Part shown: one piece after another, positions 1 through 9,696 of the stretch
Layout: each line of letters begins with the position of its first letter
Position numbering within the stretch: the stretch's first letter is position 1
Assembly (NCBI GenBank): GCA_963769425.1
Contig: CAVYLP010000006.1
Span: 273-64,272, forward strand
Length of the DNA stretch: 64,000 nt
Direction: 5' to 3'
From: Candidatus Bathyarchaeota archaeon
Lineage (GTDB): Archaea > Thermoproteota > Bathyarchaeia > TCS64
Program-made: the position numbers and the translations under genes
The notes under the pieces: model-generated
The model's database searches: none
Seen by the model: only the letters and a program-made list of their open reading frames with translations
Told to the model about the DNA's origin: nothing

Positions 1-1013
1 CGACGCCACAGCCCGCGTCGGGGACGAAGTTGATGTAGGCGCTGGAGCCGAAGACGCTCCCGCTGTGCTGGACCAAGCGGTGCCCGAGGAAGCCATCCTT
101 GAGCCTCAACCCGAAGCCGTAGTAGCGCCACTCCTCCCCCTCGATGGGCTCATCGAGCATCCTAATCTTCGGGGACACCGCCTCACAGATCGACGCCTCC
201 TCCGCGAGCCTGTGCCCGTCAAAAGCACCCTTCGCGAGCATCATCTTCAGGTAGTTCGCCATGTCGAGTGCGTTGCTCATCAGTCCCCCGTCGCTGATCA
301 TCTGCCCGTAGGGGTACCTCGTCGCCACCTTCCCCCCGTTCCGGTTAGTCACGTAGGGGACCGCGAGGTCCTCATCATCCTTCACGTCGTCCTCGGTGAA
401 GCTGCTCCTATACATGTGGAGGGGAAGCAGAATCTTCTCCTTGACGTAGTCGGCGTAGCTCAGCCCAGACGCCTTCTCAATAAGCGCCCCCAGGAGGATG
501 TAGCCCTCGTTGAGGTAAGCATGCCTCTCACCAGGCTTCGAGATCGCCCAATCCTCCGACCCCCTCATGAAGATGAGCAGATCCTCAGCACTCGAGATGG
601 GCAGCCAGATGTCCGGCGTCTCAGTGATCGCCGCGAGTGTTGCCTCCGCATAGCCGAGAGCGGAGAGCCCACTCGTGTGGCTCAGCAAGTGCCTGATGAG
701 TATCTTCTCCCCCATCGGCCTCTCCATGAAGGAAAGCCACTTCTCCACGGGGTCGTCGAGGCTCAGCTTCCCCGCCTCGCAGAGCTGCATCACCGCGAGG
801 GCTGTGAAACTCTTCGTCACGCTACCGATGCAGTAGATGGTCTCAGGCGTCGCGCTTGTACCCTTCTCGAAGTCCCGGAACCCGAAGCCCCGCCTGTAGT
901 TGACCTCCCCGTCCTTGATCGTGGCTATACTAAGGCCCACGATACCGGACGCCGTCATCCTCTGGAAGATGAACTTCTCCAACTCGCTAGTCCAACCGCT
1001 TACATCAGGCATA
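1..1013 (-). CDS. beta-lactamase-family serine hydrolase / PBP-like protein (N-terminal 337 aa; 3' end lies beyond window start)
   Basis: Minus-strand frame is open from the ATG at 1011-1013 to the window edge. Its translation (MPDVSGWTSELEKF...CIGSVTKSF...LSHTSGL) carries the S-x-x-K motif (SVTK) of class C beta-lactamase / penicillin-binding-protein-like hydrolases. The listed + ORF 65..1048 is its antisense shadow. It is absent from the ORF track because there is no in-window stop. Confidence 0.6.
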
Positions 1014-1253
1014 GTGTAACCCCCATCGACCCGGGAGCGGGTCGCTAGATTATTGTGAGTGGTAGACGCCGCGTAGATAAATCGTTCTGAAATGATTTTT
1101 CAGAATAAAAACGGTTTTTTGCTTATACTATGCTACTGGTACAAGGGAGACTTGAAAAAGCCCCCTTCACCGCACACATTAAACACTTATTCCATTTGAC
1201 ACTAAAAATCTAAAAGATGAAGGCACGCCCACACACAAATATAAACGTCCAAG

Positions 1254-1436
1254 ACAATCCATACTGCCAAATAAATGTATATGATAGGTTGATCTTCCGT
1301 CATTCTTTATATAAAAAATATCCCCCATTTCTAGTCTGAAAATAACTGGGTCGAATAAATTTCCTAATTCCCCTGCCTCTATATTCAGTGAACGGAGCAA
1401 GAAGGACGATGATGGAAGGAAGGTATTTTTTGGCAG
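1254..1436 (-). repeat. Copy A of a ~185-bp inverted repeat (partner at 23661-23850, ~80-85% identical); overlaps small ORF 1179..1400
   Basis: Direct comparison of the reverse complement of 1254-1436 with 23661-23850. Shared blocks include accttccttccatcatcg, cttcttgctcc, gttattttcagact, aatgacggaag(a/g)tcaacctatcatata and ttggcagtatggattgt. Confidence 0.75.
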
Positions 1437-1561
1437 GGAAATACCTATAGAAGGAGCTCAACACCCCCCTGACCTCTTCGGACCTGTATTACGAATCTGT
1501 TAGACCACGATGTGAGTAATTTTTTATGAATATGACAAGCTACTGACGCAAAAGGGACTTT

Positions 1562-2062
1562 TCACCATTTTTCCCAGGAGACCATGTCGGCCATCGGCTT
1601 GCGCTCCTTGGCCGCCGGTGACTCGTCGGGGTAGCCGAGCGGGGTGAGGGCGACGACCCTGTGACTCTCAGGGACGCCGAGCACACCCCTAACCACATGC
1701 TCGTCTATCTGGCCCCCGAGCCAGCAGGTGCCGAGCCCCCTCTCCGCGGCGGCGAGGCAGAGGTGCTCCATGCTTATCCCCACGTCGAGCATATAGTAGG
1801 GCTTATCTTCCCTGTTCCCCGCCTTCGATGGGTCCCCGCACGCCACGATGACGACGGGGGCACCTGCGGCCCAATCAGTCATGGTGATCCTCCTCCTCGT
1901 CGCCTCATCGGTGACTACGATGTACCTCCAGCACTGCTTGTTACCCCAAGACGGGGCGAGCCTAGCCGCCTCTAACACGTACTCGACGTCCTCCCTAGGA
2001 ACAGGTGTAGATTTGTACTTTCTGACGCTCCTTCTCTTCCTCACGACGTCCATGAACTCCAT
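1562..2062 (-). CDS. nitroreductase family protein
   Basis: 166 aa. N-terminal RKRRSVRKY motif, then APSWGNKQ and the conserved Gly-rich C-terminal region typical of NADH/flavin nitroreductases. Confidence 0.8.
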   Translation of the reverse strand: MEFMDVVRKRRSVRKYKSTPVPREDVEYVLEAARLAPSWGNKQCWRYIVVTDEATRRRITMTDWAAGAPVVIVACGDPSKAGNREDKPYYMLDVGISMEHLCLAAAERGLGTCWLGGQIDEHVVRGVLGVPESHRVVALTPLGYPDESPAAKERKPMADMVSWEKW

Positions 2063-2116
2063 GAATTTTCGCCAGGGAAATACCGATCACGGACCTGAAT
2101 TAAGCTTAGGGTTCAC

Positions 2117-3001
2117 TCACCTGAGGGACTCGAGGAAGACGTTAACGGCCTGCAGGAGCTTGCCCGTGTCCCAGCTGTAGAGGCCGAGGTTGTGGTCATA
2201 CTCGGGGATGTAGACGTGCTGATTGTCCCTGATGTTCGCCTTAGCGTATGCGACGGCCTCGTCGGTGAATATGCCCCCCTTCTTCGGGTTGCCCTGAATG
2301 AGTAGAACGGGACACTTGATGTCCACGAGGCACTCGTGGTCGTACCCGTCAATAACCCTCCTGAAGGCCTCATCGTCCTCAGCACCCGCGGCCCAGTCCG
2401 TGAGGACCTCCGGGTCGAGACACCTGAGGTAATTGGCCTTATTCATGAGGGCGATTGAGTCAAGCCCCTCGCCGTACGTGTTCTTACCCTGCCCGGGCAC
2501 GTTGACGGGCATCTCGGAGACGAGCTTGACAAGCTCACTGAATGGGCCCTTGAAGCCGGCGAGTTTCCTCCACCCCGCCCAGTAGCTGTGAAAGTCCCGC
2601 ATCACTGCTCGGGTCCTGTCAGTCTTGATGCTGGAGTCCCCGAAGACGACAGCCTTGATGAGGTCGGGGCGTTTAGCCGCGACCATAAGAGCGACCATCC
2701 CGCCCATCGAGGAGCCGAAGATGACGACGGGCTCACGGACACAGCCCTCAATGAAGGAAATTGTGTCCTCGATGTGGTCCCTGTACCTATAAGGAGGCGT
2801 CCTACTCGAGCGCCCATGCCCCCTGAAGTCGAGCGCGTAGGTGTGCCACCTCATCGTCAGGAAGGGCATGATGGGCAGATAGTACTGCCACCTGTCCGTC
2901 AAACCATGAGTCAGAACCATCGGGGGACCCGCCTCGGGCCCCTCAGCGTAGTTCAGGACCGCCTCACCGACCCTGTACTTCTTCTCGACAAGCATGGACA
3001 T
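2117..3001 (-). CDS. alpha/beta-fold hydrolase
   Basis: 294 aa. HGL oxyanion-hole motif (LTHGLTD) and a GxSxG nucleophile elbow (GSSMGG). Confidence 0.75.
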   Translation of the reverse strand: MSMLVEKKYRVGEAVLNYAEGPEAGPPMVLTHGLTDRWQYYLPIMPFLTMRWHTYALDFRGHGRSSRTPPYRYRDHIEDTISFIEGCVREPVVIFGSSMGGMVALMVAAKRPDLIKAVVFGDSSIKTDRTRAVMRDFHSYWAGWRKLAGFKGPFSELVKLVSEMPVNVPGQGKNTYGEGLDSIALMNKANYLRCLDPEVLTDWAAGAEDDEAFRRVIDGYDHECLVDIKCPVLLIQGNPKKGGIFTDEAVAYAKANIRDNQHVYIPEYDHNLGLYSWDTGKLLQAVNVFLESLR

Positions 3002-3046
3002 CGGCGGATAGGAGAAGGCGGGTGGTTAAGAGACTTTCCTTACTAG

Positions 3047-3661
3047 CTAGAGCGTTGCCTCGAGGACCTGATAGCTGAAGACCGTGTTGGCGCAGCCGTT
3101 CTTAATCAGCGGAACCGCCTGCGTGGTGAGCCCCGCCCTCTTCGTAACCTCGAAGGCGGGCTTCAGCTCCTGTCCACACGCGACTCCGACTATGCCCTCG
3201 TATCCGCTCCTCTTGACGATGCTGGGTATGCATGAGCCGCCGGGGACCACGAAGACTACGTAACCCCTCTCCTCCCCCAACTTGGAGGCCATGTTAACGA
3301 GACAGTCCTCGGAGCAGTGAGCACAACGGTAAGTTGGGACGGTCGCGTCGAAACTCGCCTTACAGCTACCATCCATGTGCTTCCTGGAGCAGTGAGGTAG
3401 GAAGAGCGCCCTCTTCCCCGTCTTAACAAACTTCTCCCTCTGCTTGGCGTTTATCATCTGCACATCGACGAGATCCTCGATGATCTGCAGGATGTTCTCG
3501 ACGTCAAGCCCCGTCGCCTCGCTCAGTCTGAATGTCGTGGCGAGCTCCCTCGCCCTCACCCCCAACTTCTTGTGTATATGCCTCTCCTCCGAGACCCTGG
3601 CGAGCTCCCTGAAGAAGGACCTCGGTATTCTCGACAGGTCGAAGTTGAAGTCGTAGGGCAT
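3047..3661 (-). CDS. DUF116-like cysteine-rich protein (hypothetical)
   Basis: 204 aa with a conserved Cys cluster (LPHCSRK...C...CAHCSEDC) and a Gly-rich C-terminus. Family assignment is from memory and is uncertain. Confidence 0.45.
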   Translation of the reverse strand: MPYDFNFDLSRIPRSFFRELARVSEERHIHKKLGVRARELATTFRLSEATGLDVENILQIIEDLVDVQMINAKQREKFVKTGKRALFLPHCSRKHMDGSCKASFDATVPTYRCAHCSEDCLVNMASKLGEERGYVVFVVPGGSCIPSIVKRSGYEGIVGVACGQELKPAFEVTKRAGLTTQAVPLIKNGCANTVFSYQVLEATL

Positions 3662-3743
3662 TAATTAGGCGGAATGGATTTGTAGCGTTTAAAACTAGCC
3701 CTTCACCGCACGCTGTTTTAAACCGTGGAGGGACAGCTTCTAC
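3662..3743. promoter_or_regulatory. Divergent promoter region with two TATA-like boxes (gtttaaaac / gttttaaac) flanking the motif cccttcaccgcac
   Basis: TTTAAAA-type elements lie ~25-30 nt upstream of both divergent start codons (3661 minus, 3744 plus). That spacing fits archaeal leaderless promoters. Confidence 0.4.
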
Positions 3744-5249
3744 TTGATCGCCATGAGTAAGAGTCCTAAGGCTGATTGGGAAAGGTTCGGTAGAGCGAGG
3801 AAGGCCGAAGCGGAGTCGATAACTGAGCTCAATAGATGGAGGAGGAACCCACAGAGCTTCGACGTCGCCAGTTACTACGGCCAGGTCCTAATCCACCGCG
3901 CCCACACCGTCATGCTAGAGGAGCAGGGGATAATCACAGCCGAGGAAGCAAAGACGATACTAGGCGGAATCAGGGCCGTGGAGAAGGCGGCGGCCGAGGA
4001 CCCCGCACTCGTCGGCTACATGTCCACGGAGACCGCCCTCATCAAGCGCGTCGGCGAAGTCGGGGGGAAGATGCACATCGGCAGGAGCCGCAACGACATG
4101 GGACACGCCCAGCGCCGAATCTACCTCAGGGACCAGACGGAGAGGCTCATCAGCGCAGTCATCGAGTTCCAGAGGCAACTCATCGACAAGGCGGAGGAGA
4201 ACGTGGACACCCTGATGCCCGGCTACACTCACATCAGGCAGGCCCAGCCCGTCACCCTCGCCCACTACATCCTCGCCCACGTAGAGGCCGCCGCCCGCAC
4301 AGTGGAGCGCCTCGAGGGCGTCTACTCGCGTGCGAACCTGAGCACAATGGGCGCCGCAGCCTTCGCTGGGACGAGCTGGGACGTCGACCGCAACCGCGTG
4401 ATGAGTCTCCTCGGGTTCGACGCACTCCTCGAGAACACGACGGACGCCGTGGCGACAACCGACTACGCCATTGAGCTCGCCTCCGCAATAGCCATCCACA
4501 TGACTCAGATCGGGCGCCTCGCCGAGGACCTCCAGATATGGAGCAGCGACGAGTACAACATGATCGACCTCGACGAGGCATACGCGGGGACGAGCAGCAT
4601 AATGCCCCAGAAGAAGAACCCCCTCGAGTTCGAGTACATCAAGGGCTACTCGGCCGAGTCCATAGGCAACCTCGTCACCGCCGTCGCCTCCGTCAAGGGA
4701 ATATCATACACGAACACGGTCGACCGTCTCCTCCTGGAACCCGTGGCCCTCGACACGGCGGTAGGAAGCACCAAGGTGATGGCTGGCGCGGTCGCCACCA
4801 TCACGCCCAAGCGGGACGTGATGCTGAAGAACTTGAGGAGCGGCTTCACCACGGCGACAGACCTCGCCGACACCCTCGTGAGGAGCCACGGCCTCAGCTT
4901 CCGCCAGGCCCACGACATCATAGTAGAGGTTGTTGTGAAGGCCCTGGAGGATGGAAAGATGGCTGAGGAGATCGGGCCGGAGATGGTCGCAGACGCCTCC
5001 GAGAAGGTGATCGAGAAGAAACTCCGAATCTCAACCGAGGAACTGGCCTCGGCCCTAGACCTCAACAAGAACCTGCTCGGCAGGAACACGGTCGGCGGAC
5101 CCGCCCCCGAGTCAGTGAGGAAAATGATCGCGAACAGAAGAAGGGCAGTGGAGGAACAGGGGAAGAGACACGAAGAGAGACTGAAGAAGGTGGGGAGAGC
5201 CCTAGAGAAATTAGGAGCAGCCGAGGCCCGCATCGGCTTCCGCGGCTAG
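3744..5249 (+). CDS. argH: argininosuccinate lyase
   Basis: 501 aa. Fumarate-lyase superfamily signature GTSSIMPQKKNP and overall ArgH-like sequence. The true start may be the Met at 3753. Confidence 0.9.
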   Translation: MIAMSKSPKADWERFGRARKAEAESITELNRWRRNPQSFDVASYYGQVLIHRAHTVMLEEQGIITAEEAKTILGGIRAVEKAAAEDPALVGYMSTETALIKRVGEVGGKMHIGRSRNDMGHAQRRIYLRDQTERLISAVIEFQRQLIDKAEENVDTLMPGYTHIRQAQPVTLAHYILAHVEAAARTVERLEGVYSRANLSTMGAAAFAGTSWDVDRNRVMSLLGFDALLENTTDAVATTDYAIELASAIAIHMTQIGRLAEDLQIWSSDEYNMIDLDEAYAGTSSIMPQKKNPLEFEYIKGYSAESIGNLVTAVASVKGISYTNTVDRLLLEPVALDTAVGSTKVMAGAVATITPKRDVMLKNLRSGFTTATDLADTLVRSHGLSFRQAHDIIVEVVVKALEDGKMAEEIGPEMVADASEKVIEKKLRISTEELASALDLNKNLLGRNTVGGPAPESVRKMIANRRRAVEEQGKRHEERLKKVGRALEKLGAAEARIGFRG

Positions 5250-5250
5250 A

Positions 5251-6318
5251 TTAGAGCAGTGCCTTGACTTTCATCAGGGCCTGGACCATGTCCTCGGGGC
5301 CGACGCCGGGCATCTCCGGCTTCTCAGCATCGTAGAAGCGCTTCACGGCCGTGCGTAGCGCCTCCTCATCTAGGCGTTTCCCCCTCAGGGCGTCCTCGAG
5401 GTGGAAGACGGCTTCCTTCGGGATGGAGAAGAAGTCGCCGGTTATCCTTACGTCGAGTATCTCCTCGCCCTTCATCTCGGCCCTCACGCGTATGAGTTTG
5501 CCCGCCTTGTGGTCCACCTCGACCACCTTGACCTCGTGGGCGATCTTCACCGCCCTGCCGGGCTTGCGAGTGGAGTAGGGTGCCTCCATGTAGAGCCACT
5601 CGTGGCTCAGGTTGCGGGGCTTGGTCTCGGTTTCGTAGATGCGCCACTCCTCGGTGGTGGGCTCTGCCTTGGTGAGCTTGACGTCGAGTAGCTCTTGGAA
5701 GGCCTTGGCGTAGACGCGTTTGACCTCCTCCCCGTCGGGAGGGTTGGGCAACTCACGCTTTAGGCTGCTCACCCAGTCCCTCATGCTCTTCGCCATCTTG
5801 TCCCTGAACTTCTCGTCTGGGACCCTGAGGACACGCGCCATCATGTCGTAGTTCATATCGAGGATGACGTTCCCCACCATGATGGATGTGGAGCCGTTCA
5901 TGCTCGCGCCGTTTCCGCTGACCTTCTTGCCGTTGACGACGACGTCGTTCAGCGGCTTGAAATCGGCTGAGACGCCGAGGCGTCTGTAGGTTTCAACAGT
6001 GACGGTGAGGAGCTTCTTGAACATTGCGTCGACAGCGGTCGGGTAGGCGTTGGTCTTCTTGGCCACGATCTGGTAGAAGACCTGGTTGCCGTCCAGGTAT
6101 GTTGCTCCTCCGCCCTGGCTCCTCCTGATGATGGGGAGGCTCACGCTGCGGCAGTAGTCGAGGTCCAGCTCCTTCTCGATATCCTGGTGGTAGCCGACGC
6201 AGGCATAGGGTGCGCCGGGCTGGAGCATGATGAGAGTGTTGGGGCTCGATCCCTTCTCCACGGCCTCAGCGACGGACTCGTAGAACGTCTGAGCTATGAG
6301 GGGCTCGGGGTGCCCCAT
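5251..6318 (-). CDS. lplA: lipoate-protein ligase A
   Basis: 355 aa. Contains the RRSQGGGATYLDGNQ motif and the lipoyl-AMP-binding Lys motif (NGKKVSGNGAS), plus a C-terminal accessory domain. Confidence 0.85.
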   Translation of the reverse strand: MGHPEPLIAQTFYESVAEAVEKGSSPNTLIMLQPGAPYACVGYHQDIEKELDLDYCRSVSLPIIRRSQGGGATYLDGNQVFYQIVAKKTNAYPTAVDAMFKKLLTVTVETYRRLGVSADFKPLNDVVVNGKKVSGNGASMNGSTSIMVGNVILDMNYDMMARVLRVPDEKFRDKMAKSMRDWVSSLKRELPNPPDGEEVKRVYAKAFQELLDVKLTKAEPTTEEWRIYETETKPRNLSHEWLYMEAPYSTRKPGRAVKIAHEVKVVEVDHKAGKLIRVRAEMKGEEILDVRITGDFFSIPKEAVFHLEDALRGKRLDEEALRTAVKRFYDAEKPEMPGVGPEDMVQALMKVKALL

Positions 6319-6354
6319 GTCGATGAAGCGCCAGCTCTCTATGGTCTCAGCCGC

Positions 6355-6786
6355 CTACTGCTTCGCCTTAGCGCGCTCTTCCTTGAGCCACGCCTCAAGA
6401 CCCGCAGTGTCCTTGCCACTGATGAGCATCTTCAGCTCCTCCTGAAGCTTGCTCGGCTTGATTATGGCGACCCAGCCCTTACCGTAAGGGTCGCTGTTGA
6501 TGAGGTTAGGGGTCTTGAGTACGTCCTCGTTAAGCTGGACGAGTTCCCCGCTCACGGGGACCTTGAGGCTGCCGACCCACTTACCCGACTCGATGCTGCC
6601 GAGTGTCTTACCCATCTCGACGGGGGCGCCTGGGCGCTTCGTCTTGAGACTTAGGAGCTTGCCCGCGGCCTTCTGGGCCCAGTCGTTGTAGCCGACGCGC
6701 ACCTTATCCCCTTCGACCTTGACCCACATGTGCTCGCGGTGGTAGTAAAGGTCGTCCGGGAAGTCGAATCCTTCTAGCTTGACCAT
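6355..6786 (-). CDS. gcvH: glycine cleavage system H protein / lipoyl-carrier protein
   Basis: 143 aa. H-protein fold motifs (HMWVK, GSIESGKWVGSL with the lipoyl-Lys). Immediately downstream of lplA. Confidence 0.8.
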   Translation of the reverse strand: MVKLEGFDFPDDLYYHREHMWVKVEGDKVRVGYNDWAQKAAGKLLSLKTKRPGAPVEMGKTLGSIESGKWVGSLKVPVSGELVQLNEDVLKTPNLINSDPYGKGWVAIIKPSKLQEELKMLISGKDTAGLEAWLKEERAKAKQ

Positions 6787-6830
6787 GCTTTATGTGTGGG
6801 CGTGGTTTGGTTAATAATGTTTTAGAAGCC

Positions 6831-7283
6831 TCATCGGATCGTGTCTAGTAGAGAGAGTATTGTTTTGATGGTTTCTTGGACAGCTGCCTGCACCCTCGGC
6901 GTGGGCTCGTCGCCTATGGTCGTCGTGTCCTCTGCCTCCACCGCCAGGAGGATTACCTCCCCCGGCATCTCCTCGCCGTAGAGCTGGCGCCCTAATCGGA
7001 GAGTTGTGATCAAGTCTGTGCCATGGCTGTGTGTGATGATCGGAGGCTCCTCACCCTTAGTGAGGTTGACCCTGAAGATGGTGCCCGGCTCGGCGCCAGT
7101 CTCGATGGCGTCGACGATTACTACCCGGTCATAACCCCTCATCGCCTCAAGTATCTCCACGCTCCCCATCGCGGCGTCTAGTGTGTCAACCCCCGTGTGG
7201 ATGTCCAGCGCCTTGATTACGTGGATGCCGACCCCGTCATCGGTCCTGAGAAGGTTGCCGACTCCGATGACGAGGGTCCTCAT
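6831..7283 (-). CDS. hydrogenase maturation protease (HycI/HyaD family)
   Basis: 150 aa. N-terminal GVGNLLRTDDGVG motif and an overall HycI-like acidic protein, next to the NiFe hydrogenase genes. Confidence 0.75.
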   Translation of the reverse strand: MRTLVIGVGNLLRTDDGVGIHVIKALDIHTGVDTLDAAMGSVEILEAMRGYDRVVIVDAIETGAEPGTIFRVNLTKGEEPPIITHSHGTDLITTLRLGRQLYGEEMPGEVILLAVEAEDTTTIGDEPTPRVQAAVQETIKTILSLLDTIR

Positions 7284-7385
7284 GGATAGGACACGACCCG
7301 TCCGCCTCTAAAGGTCTTATCTTGGAGACTTGACCTCCCCGATCTCAGAAGGTTAAAAATCAGCCGTTTCCAGCGTAGCCCGGGA

Positions 7386-8231
7386 ATGGTCTTGTCAGGC
7401 GAAACACCAGCGGAAGCACCCACAGAAACGCCGATCGAGGCACCGGTCGAAGTGCCTGTTAAGAAGAGTAGCAGGGCATGGATGTACGTTGTCCTGATCG
7501 TCATCGTAATCCTAGCCGTGGGCGGCGTCTGGTTCTTCAGGTTCAACACCTCCACCCCCGTGCTCACCATCTACCCGAGCCAACGCCTCACCAGCTCCGA
7601 CTGGTCCGGCTACACGGTATCCACCGACCTACTCTCCCCGCAGGCGGCCGTGACGAGCGTTAGCGGCTCGTGGACCATCCCGAAGGTCTCGCCGTCGACG
7701 GGGAACTCCTTCTCCGCGGCCTGGATAGGAATCGGAGGACAATTTAACCAAGCCCTGATACAGACTGGGACCGAGCATGACTGGGTGAACGGCGCCGCCG
7801 GCTACATAGCTTGGTACGAGCTCCTCCCGCAGGACTCGGTGCAGCTGAGCATGACCGTGTCGCCTGGGGACGTCATGACGGCCTCCATCACCCTCCAAGA
7901 CGTGGCTACGCAGACGTGGGTGATCGAGATAACCGACACGTCGAACGGGCAGACGTTCAGGCAGGGCTTCAACTACGCAACCACGAGGCTCTCCGCTGAG
8001 TGGATAGTGGAGAGACCCATCGTGAACAACAGGGTCTCAACGTTCGCTGATTTCAGGAGGATAACCTTCACTGGTTGTTCGGCGACCCTGAGCGGGAGGA
8101 CAGGCAGCATCACGGGCTTCCCGCACAGCACATTTACCCTCCTGGGGCGCATGAATGACAACCTTGACACCGTGTCGGATACATTGAGTGGAGGCGCGTC
8201 CTTTACCGTGGACTTCGTCGCCCCAAGTTAG
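7386..8231 (+). CDS. membrane-anchored peptidase G1 (eqolisin / scytalidoglutamic peptidase) family protein
   Basis: 281 aa. N-terminal TM anchor, then SDWSGY, WIGIGG...IQTG (candidate catalytic Gln) and AEWIVE (candidate catalytic Glu), which match G1-family hallmarks. Confidence 0.55.
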   Translation: MVLSGETPAEAPTETPIEAPVEVPVKKSSRAWMYVVLIVIVILAVGGVWFFRFNTSTPVLTIYPSQRLTSSDWSGYTVSTDLLSPQAAVTSVSGSWTIPKVSPSTGNSFSAAWIGIGGQFNQALIQTGTEHDWVNGAAGYIAWYELLPQDSVQLSMTVSPGDVMTASITLQDVATQTWVIEITDTSNGQTFRQGFNYATTRLSAEWIVERPIVNNRVSTFADFRRITFTGCSATLSGRTGSITGFPHSTFTLLGRMNDNLDTVSDTLSGGASFTVDFVAPS

Positions 8232-8238
8232 ATAGAAA

Positions 8239-9696
8239 TCAGAAACGGTCCAGCTTCTTAACGAAGGCACCGTCTGAGTCGATTATCTCGACACTTAGTG
8301 GGCCCTCGCCGGGTAAGCTGTGGGTGCTGCAACCGAAGCAGGGGTCGTAGGCGCGGAACGCCATCTCGACCATGTTAAGGAGGCCGTCGGTGACCTCACC
8401 ATTCTTGATTAGGCCCTTCGCCGCGTCTCGAACGCTGCAGCAGATGTCGGCGTAGTTGTTTGTTGTTGCAACGATTAGGTTCGCCTTCTTGACCATAGCC
8501 TCCTCGTCGAGCTTGTAGTGGTGGAAGAGTGTGCCGCGGGCGGCCTCGATGACGCCGACGCCTTCGCCGGGTTTGCCGATCGGGTTGCGTAGGTCGGTCT
8601 TGGTTATGGATGAGTCGGTGCTGAGTTCGACGGCGCGTTCAGCCGCGTAGAGTAGTTCCACGAGGCGCGCCCAGTGGAAGGCTAGCGTCGACTGTACCGG
8701 CTTTCCGCCTAGTGTCTCGTACATGCGCTTGTACTCGGCGTTGGCGAGGGGCGTCGCCATGCCCTCCGAGGCGTTGAGCCTACCCAGCGGGCCGACGCGG
8801 TAGATGCCGCTCTCCGGCCCAGCGGTGAGCCCCTTCCATCCCACCTTCTTCAGGTAGGTGAACTTACTGTAGGTCCAGGGCTCGACGCGCTCGGCTATGT
8901 GGTCGAGGTAGTCGCCGCCCTTGAAGCGGTCGAACTCCTTGCCACGCTGGTCGGTGACGCGTACGTCGCCGTCGTAGAAGTTGACGTGGTTGTTCTTGTC
9001 GACGAGTCCCATGTTGTAGGCGTCGAGTCGGTAGGGGTCGCTGATTATGAGGTCGACGTACTTCTTGTTCTTGAGGACTATGTCGTTGAAGACGCCAAGG
9101 GTGAACTTTGCGAACTCGACGCTGCTCCTCGCCATCTCCTCGATCTTGGCGCGCTCCTCCTCGTTGAGTCCCTTGCTTATCCCCCCAGGGATACCGCAGG
9201 TGGGGTGTGTCGCCTTACCGCCGATGATCTCGGTGATCCGCTGCCCGTAAGCGCGGTGCTTGATGACCTCTCTACCAACATCGAGGCCGACGCGCTTGAG
9301 GACGCCAAAGATGTTCCTCTCAGATGCTGGGGCGTCGGGTCCAACGACGAAGTCTGGGCCACCAAGGAAGTAGAAGTGGAGGGTGTGGTCGTAGATGTAG
9401 TAGCCGACATACATGAGCTCCCTGAGCTTCTTCGCCGTCTCAGTCGGCTCGACTCCGAAGCAAGCGTCGAGCGCCTTGGTGGCAGCGTAGTGGTGGGCGA
9501 CTGGGCAGACTCCGCAGATACGGGGCGTAATTATGGGCATGTCTTCCGCCCTGCGCCCCTCGCAGAACTTCTCGAAGCCTCGGAGCTCAGGTATCTGCAG
9601 GTACGCGTTCTCGACGTTGCCCGCGTCGTTGAGGAAGATGCTGATCTTGCCGTGGCCCTCCAGCCGAGTGATGGGGTCGATGGTTATTGTCTTCAT
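8239..9696 (-). CDS. mvhA: [NiFe] hydrogenase large subunit, Mvh-type (group 3c)
   Basis: 485 aa. N-terminal RLEGHG and [11 protein letters not shown] (L1) motifs and a C-terminal DPCFGCSTH (L2) Ni-binding motif. Sits in an operon with mvhG, mvhD and hdrABC. Confidence 0.9.
   Translation of the reverse strand: MKTITIDPITRLEGHGKISIFLNDAGNVENAYLQIPELRGFEKFCEGRRAEDMPIITPRICGVCPVAHHYAATKALDACFGVEPTETAKKLRELMYVGYYIYDHTLHFYFLGGPDFVVGPDAPASERNIFGVLKRVGLDVGREVIKHRAYGQRITEIIGGKATHPTCGIPGGISKGLNEEERAKIEEMARSSVEFAKFTLGVFNDIVLKNKKYVDLIISDPYRLDAYNMGLVDKNNHVNFYDGDVRVTDQRGKEFDRFKGGDYLDHIAERVEPWTYSKFTYLKKVGWKGLTAGPESGIYRVGPLGRLNASEGMATPLANAEYKRMYETLGGKPVQSTLAFHWARLVELLYAAERAVELSTDSSITKTDLRNPIGKPGEGVGVIEAARGTLFHHYKLDEEAMVKKANLIVATTNNYADICCSVRDAAKGLIKNGEVTDGLLNMVEMAFRAYDPCFGCSTHSLPGEGPLSVEIIDSDGAFVKKLDRF

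Noticed and set aside
65-1048. 327-aa + strand ORF at the window start
   Set aside because: Composition (R/P/L/H-rich) is typical of the antisense frame of a GC-rich gene. The minus strand over the same span encodes a convincing beta-lactamase-family protein with an SxxK motif.
3836-5233. Multiple 100-210-aa ORFs inside argH on both strands (3836..4474, 3960..4499, 4252..4581, 4538..4966, 4646..5233)
   Set aside because: Arg/Pro/Gly-rich shadow frames of the argH coding sequence, with no motifs.
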